Shown here one piece after another: positions 6,436 to 16,121 of a stretch of DNA of 20,697 nucleotides (the stretch's first letter is position 1; each line of letters opens with the position of its first letter). The stretch is from a virus. Under the pieces are notes generated by a model. The model was not told the origin of the DNA, did not search any database, and was given only the letters and a program-made list of their open reading frames with translations. The stretch lies in the IMG/VR virus record IMGVR_UViG_3300017914_002709, positions 1 through 20,697 of that record; one strand, 5' to 3'. A program made the translations under genes and the position numbers.

Positions 6436-7445
6436 TCTAATCCGTTGTATATTTCTAGTAACAACGATTTGTCAAAGTTTTCGCTGTCAATTGCAAGTAT
6501 TTCATTGGATACAATTTGATCTACACTTTCAAACTGTTCGATATCCAAATCAGTGTTTATTTCTTCAATGGTTTTCTGTGGAATAAGAGTTATTTCACGA
6601 CAACCATATTCGTTCATAAACGTTTCTTTAATAAAGGTTGCTTCCTCAAAGCTGATTGGCAAGTCTAGTGTAACTCTTAGGTACATTTTACTTTTAATCA
6701 ATGTATCCTTTTCATCAATCAGCTGAGAAAGTCTTACTGTTCTATACTTTGGACAATCAGTCCAGTTAATGTATTCAGGTTCTACATTGTTTTCTCTATC
6801 CAATACCATCATACCACGGTCATCGTCCCACGCATCAGCATAATTGTGCGGAAATGCATTGCCAATATAGTGTACATTCTTCTGACTTTGACGTTTGTGG
6901 AAGTGTCCAGTAAACACATATTCTGGTTTTGTGAGATTCTCGGCTCTAAGTTCGCCGTGATCTGGCATTCTCACCATTGCATTCATTAAAAAGTTTGGTA
7001 ATTCAAAGTGACCAAACATGTATTTGCAGTCCAGTGCTGCAACCTTCTTCCATTCGTCACTGACCATCCACGGTACAAGTGCAACATCTTCGATCTGTTG
7101 AATATCATCAACAACAGTTACACCTGGAATGTGCTTTGCCCATTCTGTACTTTTAATATCACGCTTGTCTTTGAAATACAAGTCATGGTTACCAGCAAAC
7201 ATAAAGAACTGGTCAAATGCTGCACCTAGCTTCTCTAAACTGCGGATACCAGCATCCATTGTAGTTAAATTTAAACTGTTTCGATTGTGATTCCAGTCAC
7301 CACAGAAGATTGCAGTTTCGCAACCTTGTTCTTTTGCTGTTTCGATAAACCAATCCACGTATTCTTCACAGTCTGTGTTGTGAATACGTGAATTACCCTT
7401 CATACCAAAGTGAATATCAGTGAATACTGCTGCTTTTTTAAACAA
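6432..7445 (-). CDS. gp47: Recombination nuclease subunit (Mre11/SbcD-like, T4 gp47)
   Basis: Metallophosphoesterase motifs DIH, GD, GNHD, GHF, GHFH; TTG start with GGAG SD; adjacent to gp46. Confidence 0.95.
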   Translation of the reverse strand: MFKKAAVFTDIHFGMKGNSRIHNTDCEEYVDWFIETAKEQGCETAIFCGDWNHNRNSLNLTTMDAGIRSLEKLGAAFDQFFMFAGNHDLYFKDKRDIKSTEWAKHIPGVTVVDDIQQIEDVALVPWMVSDEWKKVAALDCKYMFGHFELPNFLMNAMVRMPDHGELRAENLTKPEYVFTGHFHKRQSQKNVHYIGNAFPHNYADAWDDDRGMMVLDRENNVEPEYINWTDCPKYRTVRLSQLIDEKDTLIKSKMYLRVTLDLPISFEEATFIKETFMNEYGCREITLIPQKTIEEINTDLDIEQFESVDQIVSNEILAIDSENFDKSLLLEIYNGLE

Positions 7446-7469
7446 AATCTATACTCCGTGTAGACTTAC

Positions 7470-7498
7470 ATTGTAAAGTAGTCTAGAAGCAATGTCAA
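7470..7498 (-). promoter_or_regulatory. Sigma70-type promoter TTGACA-N17-TACAAT for gp47-gp46
   Basis: TTGACA 7498-7493, 17-nt spacer, TACAAT 7475-7470. Confidence 0.85.
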
Positions 7499-7502
7499 TC
7501 GA

Positions 7503-8327
7503 TTATTTTTTCTCTGATTCTCTACGAACTGCGGCTTCCCATTCACCTTGATGCAATCTAGTGTAACTTGGATTTAAGTCATTCATTTCAAGTATATCAT
7601 CTCTAATGTTTTGATTGCGCTTTTCAAGATTAATAACACGTACAAAGCTGTTTGTAACGGCTGCTGTGTAATAAGCAAATGGGTTTTGTGATTTACTTTC
7701 ATCAAATTGCAAACCAATCTGCGATAATTGCAAAATTGCTTGCCCTTTCATTTCGTCATTGTAAGTATAACCACGTACATTGCCCCTTGTGGCATATCTA
7801 TCTACCAATTTCATCCACATTTTAGCAAGTTCGTTTGTTGCTCTGCCGTGCTCTAGGCTGAAATATCCATTTTCCATGCCACCTGTCCAATGACTTTTGC
7901 CTACACATACCAAATTGTCGTCTTCGTCAAACTTGTAGTGTTGATAAGGAGGAAATGGCAATTTTACTTTGTGATCTGCAACTGTTTTTGGATTTTTCTT
8001 ACGTCCAGGTTCGTCTGGAATATGTTCAAATGTCATAACACGAAAAATTAATTCGTTCTTTTCAATTGTTTTGTAATCAATTTCACAGTCTGCAACTTTT
8101 ACACGCTTGCCATCTGCTTTGGCTTGTTCGTATGCAGCTTGTGATAATTTTTTTGCTTTGTTTCTTTTTGCTTCTGCAATAGTTCTAATGTTGATTTTTT
8201 CAACGCCTGGTAAAATAATATCGTAGTTTGCAAATGATGGTTCGATAAAACTGCTATAATTTATTTTACTCTTGTGTATCTCAGCCAACATGTCTTTGTT
8301 GTTGAGGTATTTTACTCTTCTTGCCAT
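7503..8327 (-). CDS. gp55: Late-transcription sigma factor (T4 gp55-like), 274 aa
   Basis: YLNNKDM..., YTYNDEM...FDESKSQNPFAYYT..V.NSF.R.I..EK motifs of gp55. True start reassigned to ATG 8327 (AGGAG SD) because the track's 8378 start lies inside the promoter. Confidence 0.9.
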   Translation of the reverse strand: MARRVKYLNNKDMLAEIHKSKINYSSFIEPSFANYDIILPGVEKINIRTIAEAKRNKAKKLSQAAYEQAKADGKRVKVADCEIDYKTIEKNELIFRVMTFEHIPDEPGRKKNPKTVADHKVKLPFPPYQHYKFDEDDNLVCVGKSHWTGGMENGYFSLEHGRATNELAKMWMKLVDRYATRGNVRGYTYNDEMKGQAILQLSQIGLQFDESKSQNPFAYYTAAVTNSFVRVINLEKRNQNIRDDILEMNDLNPSYTRLHQGEWEAAVRRESEKK

Positions 8328-8349
8328 GGAATCTCCTACAGTTGTATTT

Positions 8350-8378
8350 ATTATAATATACGCACATAAGTTTGTCAA
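8350..8378 (-). promoter_or_regulatory. Perfect sigma70 consensus promoter TTGACA-N17-TATAAT for gp55
   Basis: TTGACA 8378-8373, 17-nt spacer, TATAAT 8355-8350; overlapped by TAAATA 8350-8345. Confidence 0.9.
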
Positions 8379-8385
8379 CTAAATA
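8361..8385 (+). promoter_or_regulatory. Late promoter (CGCAC-N14-TAAATA) for the baseplate operon
   Basis: ACTAAATA 8378-8385, then SD AAGGAG and ATG 8401. Confidence 0.7.
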
Positions 8386-8400
8386 CAGTAAGGAGTAATC

Positions 8401-9255
8401 ATGGCTTTTTTCAACTTTTTAGAAACAGTAGCAGACAACGTAAATGACTTTGCAAACAAAGTACAAAAGGTACGAGATTTTGTTGACGTTATACGTGATC
8501 CTGCAAAACTTATCAGTGGTATTAGAAGCCGCAGTTTACCTCCAGGTGCAGTTCCTGTGCAAAAGGTTACAAATTACAGTACATTTGTAAAGCCGGGACA
8601 ACAAGATGGCGAAGATTGGCGAGTAAGAATACATTTGCCAGCACAGCCCGCAGTTTTCAGTACTTCGTCGTTGCTACAACCTTTGGTAAAAAGCAACAAC
8701 AGTTTGGTATTTCCTACTACACCGCAAATTCTTGTGACACACAGTGCAAACTATAACATGATGTCGCCTGTGCACACCAATTATCCTTATCCAGTTTATG
8801 AAAACAGCATGGTAGAAGATATTACCATCAGTGGCGAATTCCCTGTTGAGAACGAAATTGACGGATTGTACTGGGTTGCTGCTGTGCATTTCATGCGCAG
8901 TATAACAAAAATGTTTTATGGAGAAGGTGACAATCAAGGTTTGCCTCCACCTAGATGTGCTATCAGTGGATATGGAGACTTTGTGTTTGACCAAATGCCT
9001 ATCGTAGTAAAAATGTTCAGTATTGATTTGCCAAACAATGTTGATTATATTAGAGTACCGTTGGGCGGATTTAATGCTTCAAGCGAAATACCCGAATTGG
9101 CAAACACAACGTACACATATGTTCCAACTTTGAGCAGTATCAACATCACAGTTGCACCAGCATTTAGTAGAGATGCAACTAGACAGTTTAACTTGAATGA
9201 TTTTGTAAACGGTGCATACGTTGGCACAAGTGGAAGTAGAGGAGGATTTATTTAA
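8401..9255 (+). CDS. Baseplate-tail tube junction/tube initiator protein (gp48/gp54-like)
   Basis: LVFPTTPQI...ANY...Y.NS..DITISGEF...GLPPP....GYG..VF...P.VV pattern of tube-fold initiators; first gene of the baseplate cluster. Confidence 0.6.
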   Translation: MAFFNFLETVADNVNDFANKVQKVRDFVDVIRDPAKLISGIRSRSLPPGAVPVQKVTNYSTFVKPGQQDGEDWRVRIHLPAQPAVFSTSSLLQPLVKSNNSLVFPTTPQILVTHSANYNMMSPVHTNYPYPVYENSMVEDITISGEFPVENEIDGLYWVAAVHFMRSITKMFYGEGDNQGLPPPRCAISGYGDFVFDQMPIVVKMFSIDLPNNVDYIRVPLGGFNASSEIPELANTTYTYVPTLSSINITVAPAFSRDATRQFNLNDFVNGAYVGTSGSRGGFI

Positions 9256-9560
9256 TGGCAAATCAAATTTACTCAACTAGTAGTCCATATTATAACACAC
9301 CGGTGTTTGAAAACAACTTAGGATTTTTTGTACCAAGATCAATACCAGCTGAAGATAACGACATTACATATGAAATAGAACCACAGTATGCATATAGACC
9401 AGACTTATTAGCATATGACTTGTACAACAATGCAAAGTTATGGTGGGTATTTACAGCACGTAATATGGAATCTTTAAAAGATCCAGTTTTTGATTTTGTA
9501 CCAGGGCTTAAAATCAAATTACCGCAAAAACCAACAGTGGATGCAATACTAGGACAATGA
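9255..9560 (+). CDS. gp53: Baseplate wedge protein, gp53/LysM-like
   Basis: RPDLLAYDLYNNAKLWWVF..RN...DP.FDF.PG.KI.LP motif. Confidence 0.75.
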   Translation: MANQIYSTSSPYYNTPVFENNLGFFVPRSIPAEDNDITYEIEPQYAYRPDLLAYDLYNNAKLWWVFTARNMESLKDPVFDFVPGLKIKLPQKPTVDAILGQ

Positions 9561-12121
9561 GTGTAATTGAAAATCCATTAAACAAATTTTCTAGTTACAA
9601 TTACAAATGGAAATTTGGTTTAGTAAGTGTAGAAAGTATTAATAATCCTGAAAGATATATCAATTCAGGACCTGAGTTAGTATTGATTGAATCAGGCGGT
9701 TCACCGAACAAAACAACAACAACCTATAGCGAAGATGTTCTTGGTGTAAACGTAGAATTTTTTATAGATGATTTTTCTGCTGAATACCTCGTAACACCTA
9801 ATCGAGCAAGTAGTTTTAGCAATGCTATACAAATGGAATTCAAAGTAATTGAGCCATTAAGTGTAGGCTTATTTTTCCAAATATTAAAACAAGGTTGTCA
9901 AGACATGTATGGTGTAAGTCGTGGATATCTTGATGTGCCGTTTGTGCTTGAATGCGATTTTGTTGGATACAACGATGTTGGCGAAATTTCAGGCGGAGCA
10001 GGCAAACATATTTTGGCATTAAAACTTTTAAATGTAACATTCAGTGTTGATACTAGTGGCGCAGTGTACACTGTGACAGCAATTCCTTGGAATCACCAAG
10101 CAATGACAGATCAAGTACAAAGTGTACCAACAGATATTGAAATACAAGGCGACACTGTTGAGGCAATGTTGCAAGGTGGTGAGTTTAGTTTAACTAGTGT
10201 ATTAAACAAGCAACAACAAAAATTAGAAACAAATTCAATTGCAGCAACTAACCAAGCAAGTTATGAAGCTGAAGCATTTGGCGGTACATCAGTAGATACA
10301 CAAAAGATATCTGGAAATAGATATACAATACTATTTCCTCCTTCTGCTGGTGTAAAAACACCTGATGTAAACACATTGACAAGTATGAGACAGCAACGGC
10401 AAAATCTTGCAGTTGGACCAGGAGGTATATTCCAAATTGATACTGCTGCTGAAGCATTTAGAGAAAGAGAAGCACAGATTGCAGGACAATCATATTCATC
10501 ACCGTTTGATTTAGTTCCAAAATCTCCAATCAATATCAGCAGTGCAACAGCAAGTGGTGATGTAAACTACCTTGGATCTAGTAAAATTGTTACAGATTTT
10601 GAAGCATTTGGAACAATACCTTTTGGTTTAGAGGAAAACACAGGTCCTAATTTAGCTGGTAGCAACAATGGTGCAGCATTTGAATTTGATGCAGGTGATA
10701 CAAATGTAGCAGGTGACGAAGTTTACCGAAGAGGTGCTCTCACTATCGATGCAAACACAAGAGTATTCCAATTTCCTGTTGGTACAAAAATTGAAAAAAT
10801 TATTGAGAGTGTTTTATTAGCAAGCGATTGGGGGTTGAGTTTAATTAATCAACAACCTGATGCTGACGGAAACATTTTATGGTTTAAAATTCACACAGAA
10901 TCTAAGATACGTAATATTGACGAAATATTGAACAGTAGAGATTTTGCATATGATTTTACATATATTGTTACACCTTATCTTGTTGATATAAGTGTGATTG
11001 CTCCTGCTTGGAAAGATCAAAATTATACAAACAAGGCAAGGCAAGCGGCAAAAGTTTATAGATACACCTACACTGGATTAAATCAAGATATAATTGATTT
11101 TTCATTTAATATTGACAATGCATTCTATAAGGAAATATACAGAAATCCTAACGGACGTGAGGATGCTTTGAATGCGGGCGGATTAGCTACAGTTTCTAAA
11201 ACTGAAGCATATGCTGGTAATGCTGGTGCAAATGACGGTAGTGGCGACAGCTCATTTGGTACTAAAACCATTACCAAAGGCACAGCACCTAGTCTGACAG
11301 GAAGCGGCGGTACTAGCAGTAAACTAGATACTGCATTGTTGTTCAACGAAGCAGTGCTAAACAGCAGCACTGACATGATTACACTTGATATGAAAATTTG
11401 GGGAGACCCTTATTATTTCATGGATAGTGATGTAGGAAATTGGAGAGCGCAATCATCGAGTAATCCTAATGTTGATAGTAGAGGCAGAATAGATCCTAGC
11501 ACTGGGGAAAATTATGTTTTAATTGAATTTAAAACTGCTGTTGATTATAATGGAAATTTATTACAATTAGATGCTGTAAATAATTTTAGCGGGCTGTACA
11601 AAGTTATAACTTTTACTAATGATTTTAGCGGTGGATTATTTACGCAAACTTTGAATCTTGTGCGTATGCCAAATCAATCTAATGAAAGTGTTGCAAATAG
11701 TAACAAAATTGTAGATGCAAATTACAAAGGCAAATTACCTCTTGTATTGAGTAATTTAGACACAGAAAGTGCAGCACGTAGTGCAGAGTTTGACAAGTTA
11801 GTAAGACAAGCAAATGAATTAGAATCACAAATTACTGCATTCCAAACACAAGGTATACAAAATTTTGATGAAATATTACAAGGCACAGATTTGTTAGATA
11901 TTGCACAAAATCTTGGAGGAGCATTTAATCAAATTGCAAGTTTGCAACGCAATTTAAGCACAGTAATGAATGTTGTGCAAGGAGGATTACCAAATCTTGC
12001 TAGAGGGCTTGCGACTAATGCAATTAATAATACAATTGGAAATACAAAAGCAGGTCGTGCAATAAACAATGTAGTACAAATTAAATCAGACATTGATCGT
12101 ATAAGAGGCGCATTTCGCTAG
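9557..12121 (+). CDS. Baseplate hub protein (gp27/gpD-like), 854 aa
   Basis: C-terminal hub pattern MKIWGDP...FSGLYKV..F...FSGG.FTQTL.L.R; lies between the gp53-like gene and gp5. Confidence 0.6.
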   Translation: MSVIENPLNKFSSYNYKWKFGLVSVESINNPERYINSGPELVLIESGGSPNKTTTTYSEDVLGVNVEFFIDDFSAEYLVTPNRASSFSNAIQMEFKVIEPLSVGLFFQILKQGCQDMYGVSRGYLDVPFVLECDFVGYNDVGEISGGAGKHILALKLLNVTFSVDTSGAVYTVTAIPWNHQAMTDQVQSVPTDIEIQGDTVEAMLQGGEFSLTSVLNKQQQKLETNSIAATNQASYEAEAFGGTSVDTQKISGNRYTILFPPSAGVKTPDVNTLTSMRQQRQNLAVGPGGIFQIDTAAEAFREREAQIAGQSYSSPFDLVPKSPINISSATASGDVNYLGSSKIVTDFEAFGTIPFGLEENTGPNLAGSNNGAAFEFDAGDTNVAGDEVYRRGALTIDANTRVFQFPVGTKIEKIIESVLLASDWGLSLINQQPDADGNILWFKIHTESKIRNIDEILNSRDFAYDFTYIVTPYLVDISVIAPAWKDQNYTNKARQAAKVYRYTYTGLNQDIIDFSFNIDNAFYKEIYRNPNGREDALNAGGLATVSKTEAYAGNAGANDGSGDSSFGTKTITKGTAPSLTGSGGTSSKLDTALLFNEAVLNSSTDMITLDMKIWGDPYYFMDSDVGNWRAQSSSNPNVDSRGRIDPSTGENYVLIEFKTAVDYNGNLLQLDAVNNFSGLYKVITFTNDFSGGLFTQTLNLVRMPNQSNESVANSNKIVDANYKGKLPLVLSNLDTESAARSAEFDKLVRQANELESQITAFQTQGIQNFDEILQGTDLLDIAQNLGGAFNQIASLQRNLSTVMNVVQGGLPNLARGLATNAINNTIGNTKAGRAINNVVQIKSDIDRIRGAFR

Positions 12122-12131
12122 GAGATAATTT

Positions 12132-15100
12132 ATGGTAAAAAAGCCAACTAGAGTTAGTAGAACCAGTGATACAGTTTACACTGATCAGAGTGCTGATTCT
12201 GGCATTTATATTGGACGAGTTGTAAGTCACTTAGATCAAACTTTTATGGGTGCGCTTCGTGTGCAGTTGTTAAAAGTACGTGAAGCAGCTAATGACTTCC
12301 AAGAAGTCGGACAATTGATTACCTGTCATTATGCAAGTCCTTTCGGCGGGCAAACACCTCTACAAGATGTTGGTGCAAACAACACTTATCAAGAAACACA
12401 GCAAAGCTATGGTTTTTGGGCAGTTCCGCCTGATATTGGAACAAAAGTAATTGTAGTAAAAGTAGAAGGTGCAGCAGATTTTGGATATTGGATAGGTTGT
12501 GTAAACGATGATTTTATGAACTTCATGATTCCAGACGGAAGAGCTGCTACAAACAACAACAATGAAGGACAAAAATTACCTGTTGGCGAATACAACAAAG
12601 CATTGGTAGACCCAGATGGTGAATTACAGCCTACTAGATATCCAAAACCAGTGAATACAGATTTTGTAGATGCACTAGCAGAGCAAGGTTTGCTCGAAGA
12701 TGATATTAGAGGTTTAACCAGTAGTAGTGCAAGACGTGAAGTTCCAAGTGCAGTTTTTGGAATGAGTACACCTGGTCCACTGGATAAACGCCCGGGTGCC
12801 CCAAGAAATCCAAGAGGTCCAACTGGCAAAGAAGCTACAATGCCAAGCAGTCGTTTAGGCGGTACCAGTATTGTAATGGACGACGGTGATGATAAAATAT
12901 TACGTGTTGGCAGTGCAGCAGATACACCTAGCGAATATGTGGATATTGAAAACACAGATGCAAATGGCGATATTACAAAACCTGCAAATGAACTGTTTAG
13001 AGTGCGCACACGTACAGGTCATCAGATATTATTACACAACACAGAAGACCTAATTTATATTGGAAATGCTAGAGGTACTAGTTGGATAGAAATGACATCT
13101 AACGGTAAAATTGATATCTATGCAGAAGACAGTATCAGTGTGCATACTAGCCAAGACATAAACTTCAGTGCAGATAGAGACATCAACTTTAATGCCGCTG
13201 CAAACATCAACATGTCAGCAGGTGAAAAAGTCAAAACCACAGCAGGTTCTAGTTTGAATTTTACCAGCGTTGATTATACAGCATTTACCAGTGGTGCAGC
13301 ATTTACTGCAAAAGCAGACAGTTATGCCAGTATTTTCAGTGGTAAAAAACTGAGCATCGAAGGAACTAATAATGTTGATTTGGTTAGCAACAGTGCTAGT
13401 GTGAATATAAGTGCAAGCAAAACTGCAAACATAGCAGGTAAAACAGGTGTAAAAATAGGCAGCGATTCAGACTTGCATTTGAAGTTTGGCGGTAATATTT
13501 TCCAAGAAACAAATGCTTATCATGTAAATTCGCAAGAGTATTTTTTATCTACAAAAGGCGGTATGCATTTGAACAGTGCAGCAGATATGTACCTTACATC
13601 AAAAGTTACTATGAATGTAAAAGGCAAGAGCGCATATCTCACAAGTGTTGGTGGAGATACACATGTCAAAAGTAGTGCAGATATTAAACTTATGGCTGCT
13701 GTAGATTTAAACCAGTATTCAGTAAATAATTTTAGATATACAAGTTCCGCTATTCATGACAAAGCAGAGTCTAGTATTAATGTAGAATCAGCTGGTACAA
13801 TTGATACAAAAGCAGCCACTACATTGACCACACAATCAACTGGTTTGATGAGTTTGAACAGCACAGCAAATATACAGGCATCTGGTGCCCAAATTCATTT
13901 GAACAGTGATGGTAATCCTGCAAGCAGTGCAACTGCTGCAACAGTGGCCAAATCTGCTGTTGGTGCAATCAGTGCAGAAGCAGCAACAATTGCTATCAAA
14001 CCAAATCCAGTTACACCACAAACACCAATTGTGAGTTTGATTGCAAAAATACCAAGCAGAGTTCCACAGCACGAACCTTGGTTGCAACATGAGAATTTGA
14101 ATCCTGCAGAATACACACCTGAAAAAACTAGAGCAGGTGTTGAGAGCGTTGATAGTTTCTCGCAACCAATTCCAGATACGTTTATCAACATTGGGACACG
14201 TGATACTACTGGAACTACAACAGCAAGTGATCGTGGTGGTATAAGTGGATCTCAAAACTTTGTGCCAAGCACTGATGGCGAATATGCAGAAGAAACCTTG
14301 GGCGATTTCAAAGAACTACAACTTGATCAAGTGTATGTTGTTGGTGACGGACATGGTGTAAAAGTAGCAGAAGCAAACGGTTACAAAGGCAGCCCAAGAG
14401 CTGGTGCAACAATTGACCAAATTGCAAAAAATCAAGTTGGCAGAATACCACAAAATACTGTGGTGATTGTGGCGGCAGGTTCAAACAATTGGGATAGCAC
14501 TCCTGCAGAAGTTGCTGGTATTATCCAAGAAGAAATCATTGATCCGTTGCTGCTTAAAAATTGCTATGTAATTGTGCTGGTTCATCCTGATATAAATCTA
14601 GCAGGATCATATGCAAGTACGTATAGCAGCGCAGGATACACATCTAATTACAATGCAGTGAGAAATGCAATTGCAGATTTAAGTGCAAACGGCACAGTCA
14701 CACTATCACAAAATGACATTGACTCTAATGATCCGCAAAAAATATTTGCAACTGATGTTGCGTACAATAGAGTTGCAACAGTTGTAGATCAAGTTTTAGA
14801 TAATGTTGCAGTAGATTCACCGTTTGACAAATTTGAAGGATCGTTTGGTCCGTTGCTTGCTGCTATTAGAATCTGTGAAGTTAGCACTCCTGAACCAAGA
14901 GGTTATGATATTGTGTATGGAGGTATTCCGGATGCAATTAGACCTCCAAGACCAATTACACAGATGAGCATAGATGATGTACTCATTTGGCAAAAAAGCA
15001 TTAGAGGCAGTGTTGTAAGTACAGCATCAGGTGCATATCAGTTTATATATACCACACTAAAAGATCTAGTTGATAGACGCAAAGTTGTACCTCGCAGTGC

Positions 15101-16121
15101 CAAAATGGATGCAGCAACACAAGACAGACTTGCACTTGCACTCATGAAAAACAAAAACGAATGGAAAGAAGGCAATTTCAGCGATGAAGATTTTGGCTAT
15201 GGATTAGCAAAAGTTTGGGCAAGTATGCCGGTAATGCAAGTAGGTGTTGCTTTGAGTAAAGGCACATCAAAATCTGTAAATGATGCATACTGGGGAGGCA
15301 CAGCATCTAATCCTGACGTAGCAAGACATACAGCAAAATTTATCAAAGAAGCATTGGTTGCCAGCAAGCGTGGCAGTGATGATGAAAACAAACAAACTGA
15401 AGCAACCATTGCACCAGAAGATCTGATTGCACTAGGATATGAAGCAGGTGATCCGTATGAAGATTTAAATGAGCGTAGTGCATTTACAGATGCAGGCAGC
15501 AACATTGGCGAATTGACAAATGTTGATAGAGTAAGACAACGTCAAGGCGGTGCTACATTTAGAAAACTTCCTGTACAACAACAAATTATTGATATTTTAA
15601 ATAGAGCAGCAGCCGCAACTGGTGTTTATGTGCATATTACAAGTGGTGGTCAAATGCCACTAGATGAATTCTTATCAAAACCTAGAAGCCTACAAAAATT
15701 TGGAAGACCTGACAGTAGAAAAAATCCACCATACAAAGATTTTTATCTATTGAATGCTGAAGGTGATAAAATTGGTGCTAGAACCGGAAGTAGGCGTCAC
15801 GACACAGGATTAGCAGTTGATTGTTGGATCACTAGAAATCCTTCTCCTACTGCCAGCAAAGACAATGACGGCATTGGCTACAACTTTGGACGTCAAGGAC
15901 AGGGTGCTGATAATCAAACATGGGAACAGTTTATCTATCATGCGTTCAAAAACGGATGTAGAGGCTTTGGCTTTGCAAGTGGATACATGGGCAACAAAAC
16001 CATACACCTTGATACACTTGGTGCTCTTGCAGGCAGCGGATACAATTCAAACACAGTTGGACATTGGCTAACATCGAGTTATTTTGTGAATATTGCACGT
16101 AAAGGATTTGAAGACTCATGA
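12132..16121 (+). CDS. gp5: Baseplate central spike (gp5/VgrG-like) with SGNH-like, lysozyme-like and peptidase M15-like C-terminal domains
   Basis: OB-fold (GALRVQL...YASPF...GFWAVPPDIGTKVIV...YWIGC), RTRTGHQI...SWIEMTSNGKIDIYA, beta-helix repeats, VVGDGH..GSNN, STASGAYQF..T..QDRLA..WASMP, and SRRHDTGLAVD..IHLD. Confidence 0.85.
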   Translation: MVKKPTRVSRTSDTVYTDQSADSGIYIGRVVSHLDQTFMGALRVQLLKVREAANDFQEVGQLITCHYASPFGGQTPLQDVGANNTYQETQQSYGFWAVPPDIGTKVIVVKVEGAADFGYWIGCVNDDFMNFMIPDGRAATNNNNEGQKLPVGEYNKALVDPDGELQPTRYPKPVNTDFVDALAEQGLLEDDIRGLTSSSARREVPSAVFGMSTPGPLDKRPGAPRNPRGPTGKEATMPSSRLGGTSIVMDDGDDKILRVGSAADTPSEYVDIENTDANGDITKPANELFRVRTRTGHQILLHNTEDLIYIGNARGTSWIEMTSNGKIDIYAEDSISVHTSQDINFSADRDINFNAAANINMSAGEKVKTTAGSSLNFTSVDYTAFTSGAAFTAKADSYASIFSGKKLSIEGTNNVDLVSNSASVNISASKTANIAGKTGVKIGSDSDLHLKFGGNIFQETNAYHVNSQEYFLSTKGGMHLNSAADMYLTSKVTMNVKGKSAYLTSVGGDTHVKSSADIKLMAAVDLNQYSVNNFRYTSSAIHDKAESSINVESAGTIDTKAATTLTTQSTGLMSLNSTANIQASGAQIHLNSDGNPASSATAATVAKSAVGAISAEAATIAIKPNPVTPQTPIVSLIAKIPSRVPQHEPWLQHENLNPAEYTPEKTRAGVESVDSFSQPIPDTFINIGTRDTTGTTTASDRGGISGSQNFVPSTDGEYAEETLGDFKELQLDQVYVVGDGHGVKVAEANGYKGSPRAGATIDQIAKNQVGRIPQNTVVIVAAGSNNWDSTPAEVAGIIQEEIIDPLLLKNCYVIVLVHPDINLAGSYASTYSSAGYTSNYNAVRNAIADLSANGTVTLSQNDIDSNDPQKIFATDVAYNRVATVVDQVLDNVAVDSPFDKFEGSFGPLLAAIRICEVSTPEPRGYDIVYGGIPDAIRPPRPITQMSIDDVLIWQKSIRGSVVSTASGAYQFIYTTLKDLVDRRKVVPRSAKMDAATQDRLALALMKNKNEWKEGNFSDEDFGYGLAKVWASMPVMQVGVALSKGTSKSVNDAYWGGTASNPDVARHTAKFIKEALVASKRGSDDENKQTEATIAPEDLIALGYEAGDPYEDLNERSAFTDAGSNIGELTNVDRVRQRQGGATFRKLPVQQQIIDILNRAAAATGVYVHITSGGQMPLDEFLSKPRSLQKFGRPDSRKNPPYKDFYLLNAEGDKIGARTGSRRHDTGLAVDCWITRNPSPTASKDNDGIGYNFGRQGQGADNQTWEQFIYHAFKNGCRGFGFASGYMGNKTIHLDTLGALAGSGYNSNTVGHWLTSSYFVNIARKGFEDS

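Noticed and set aside
8328-8378. 17-codon N-terminal extension of gp55 in the ORF track
   Set aside because: The TTG is part of the -35 box TTGACA; ATG 8327 has an AGGAG SD.
12407-13009. 200-aa minus-strand ORF
   Set aside because: Antisense to gp5 in mirrored codon phase; no independent motifs.
13100-13900. Repetitive-looking Ser/Ala/Asn region in gp5
   Set aside because: Explained by ordinary beta-helix protein repeats; no DNA-level tandem repeat seen.
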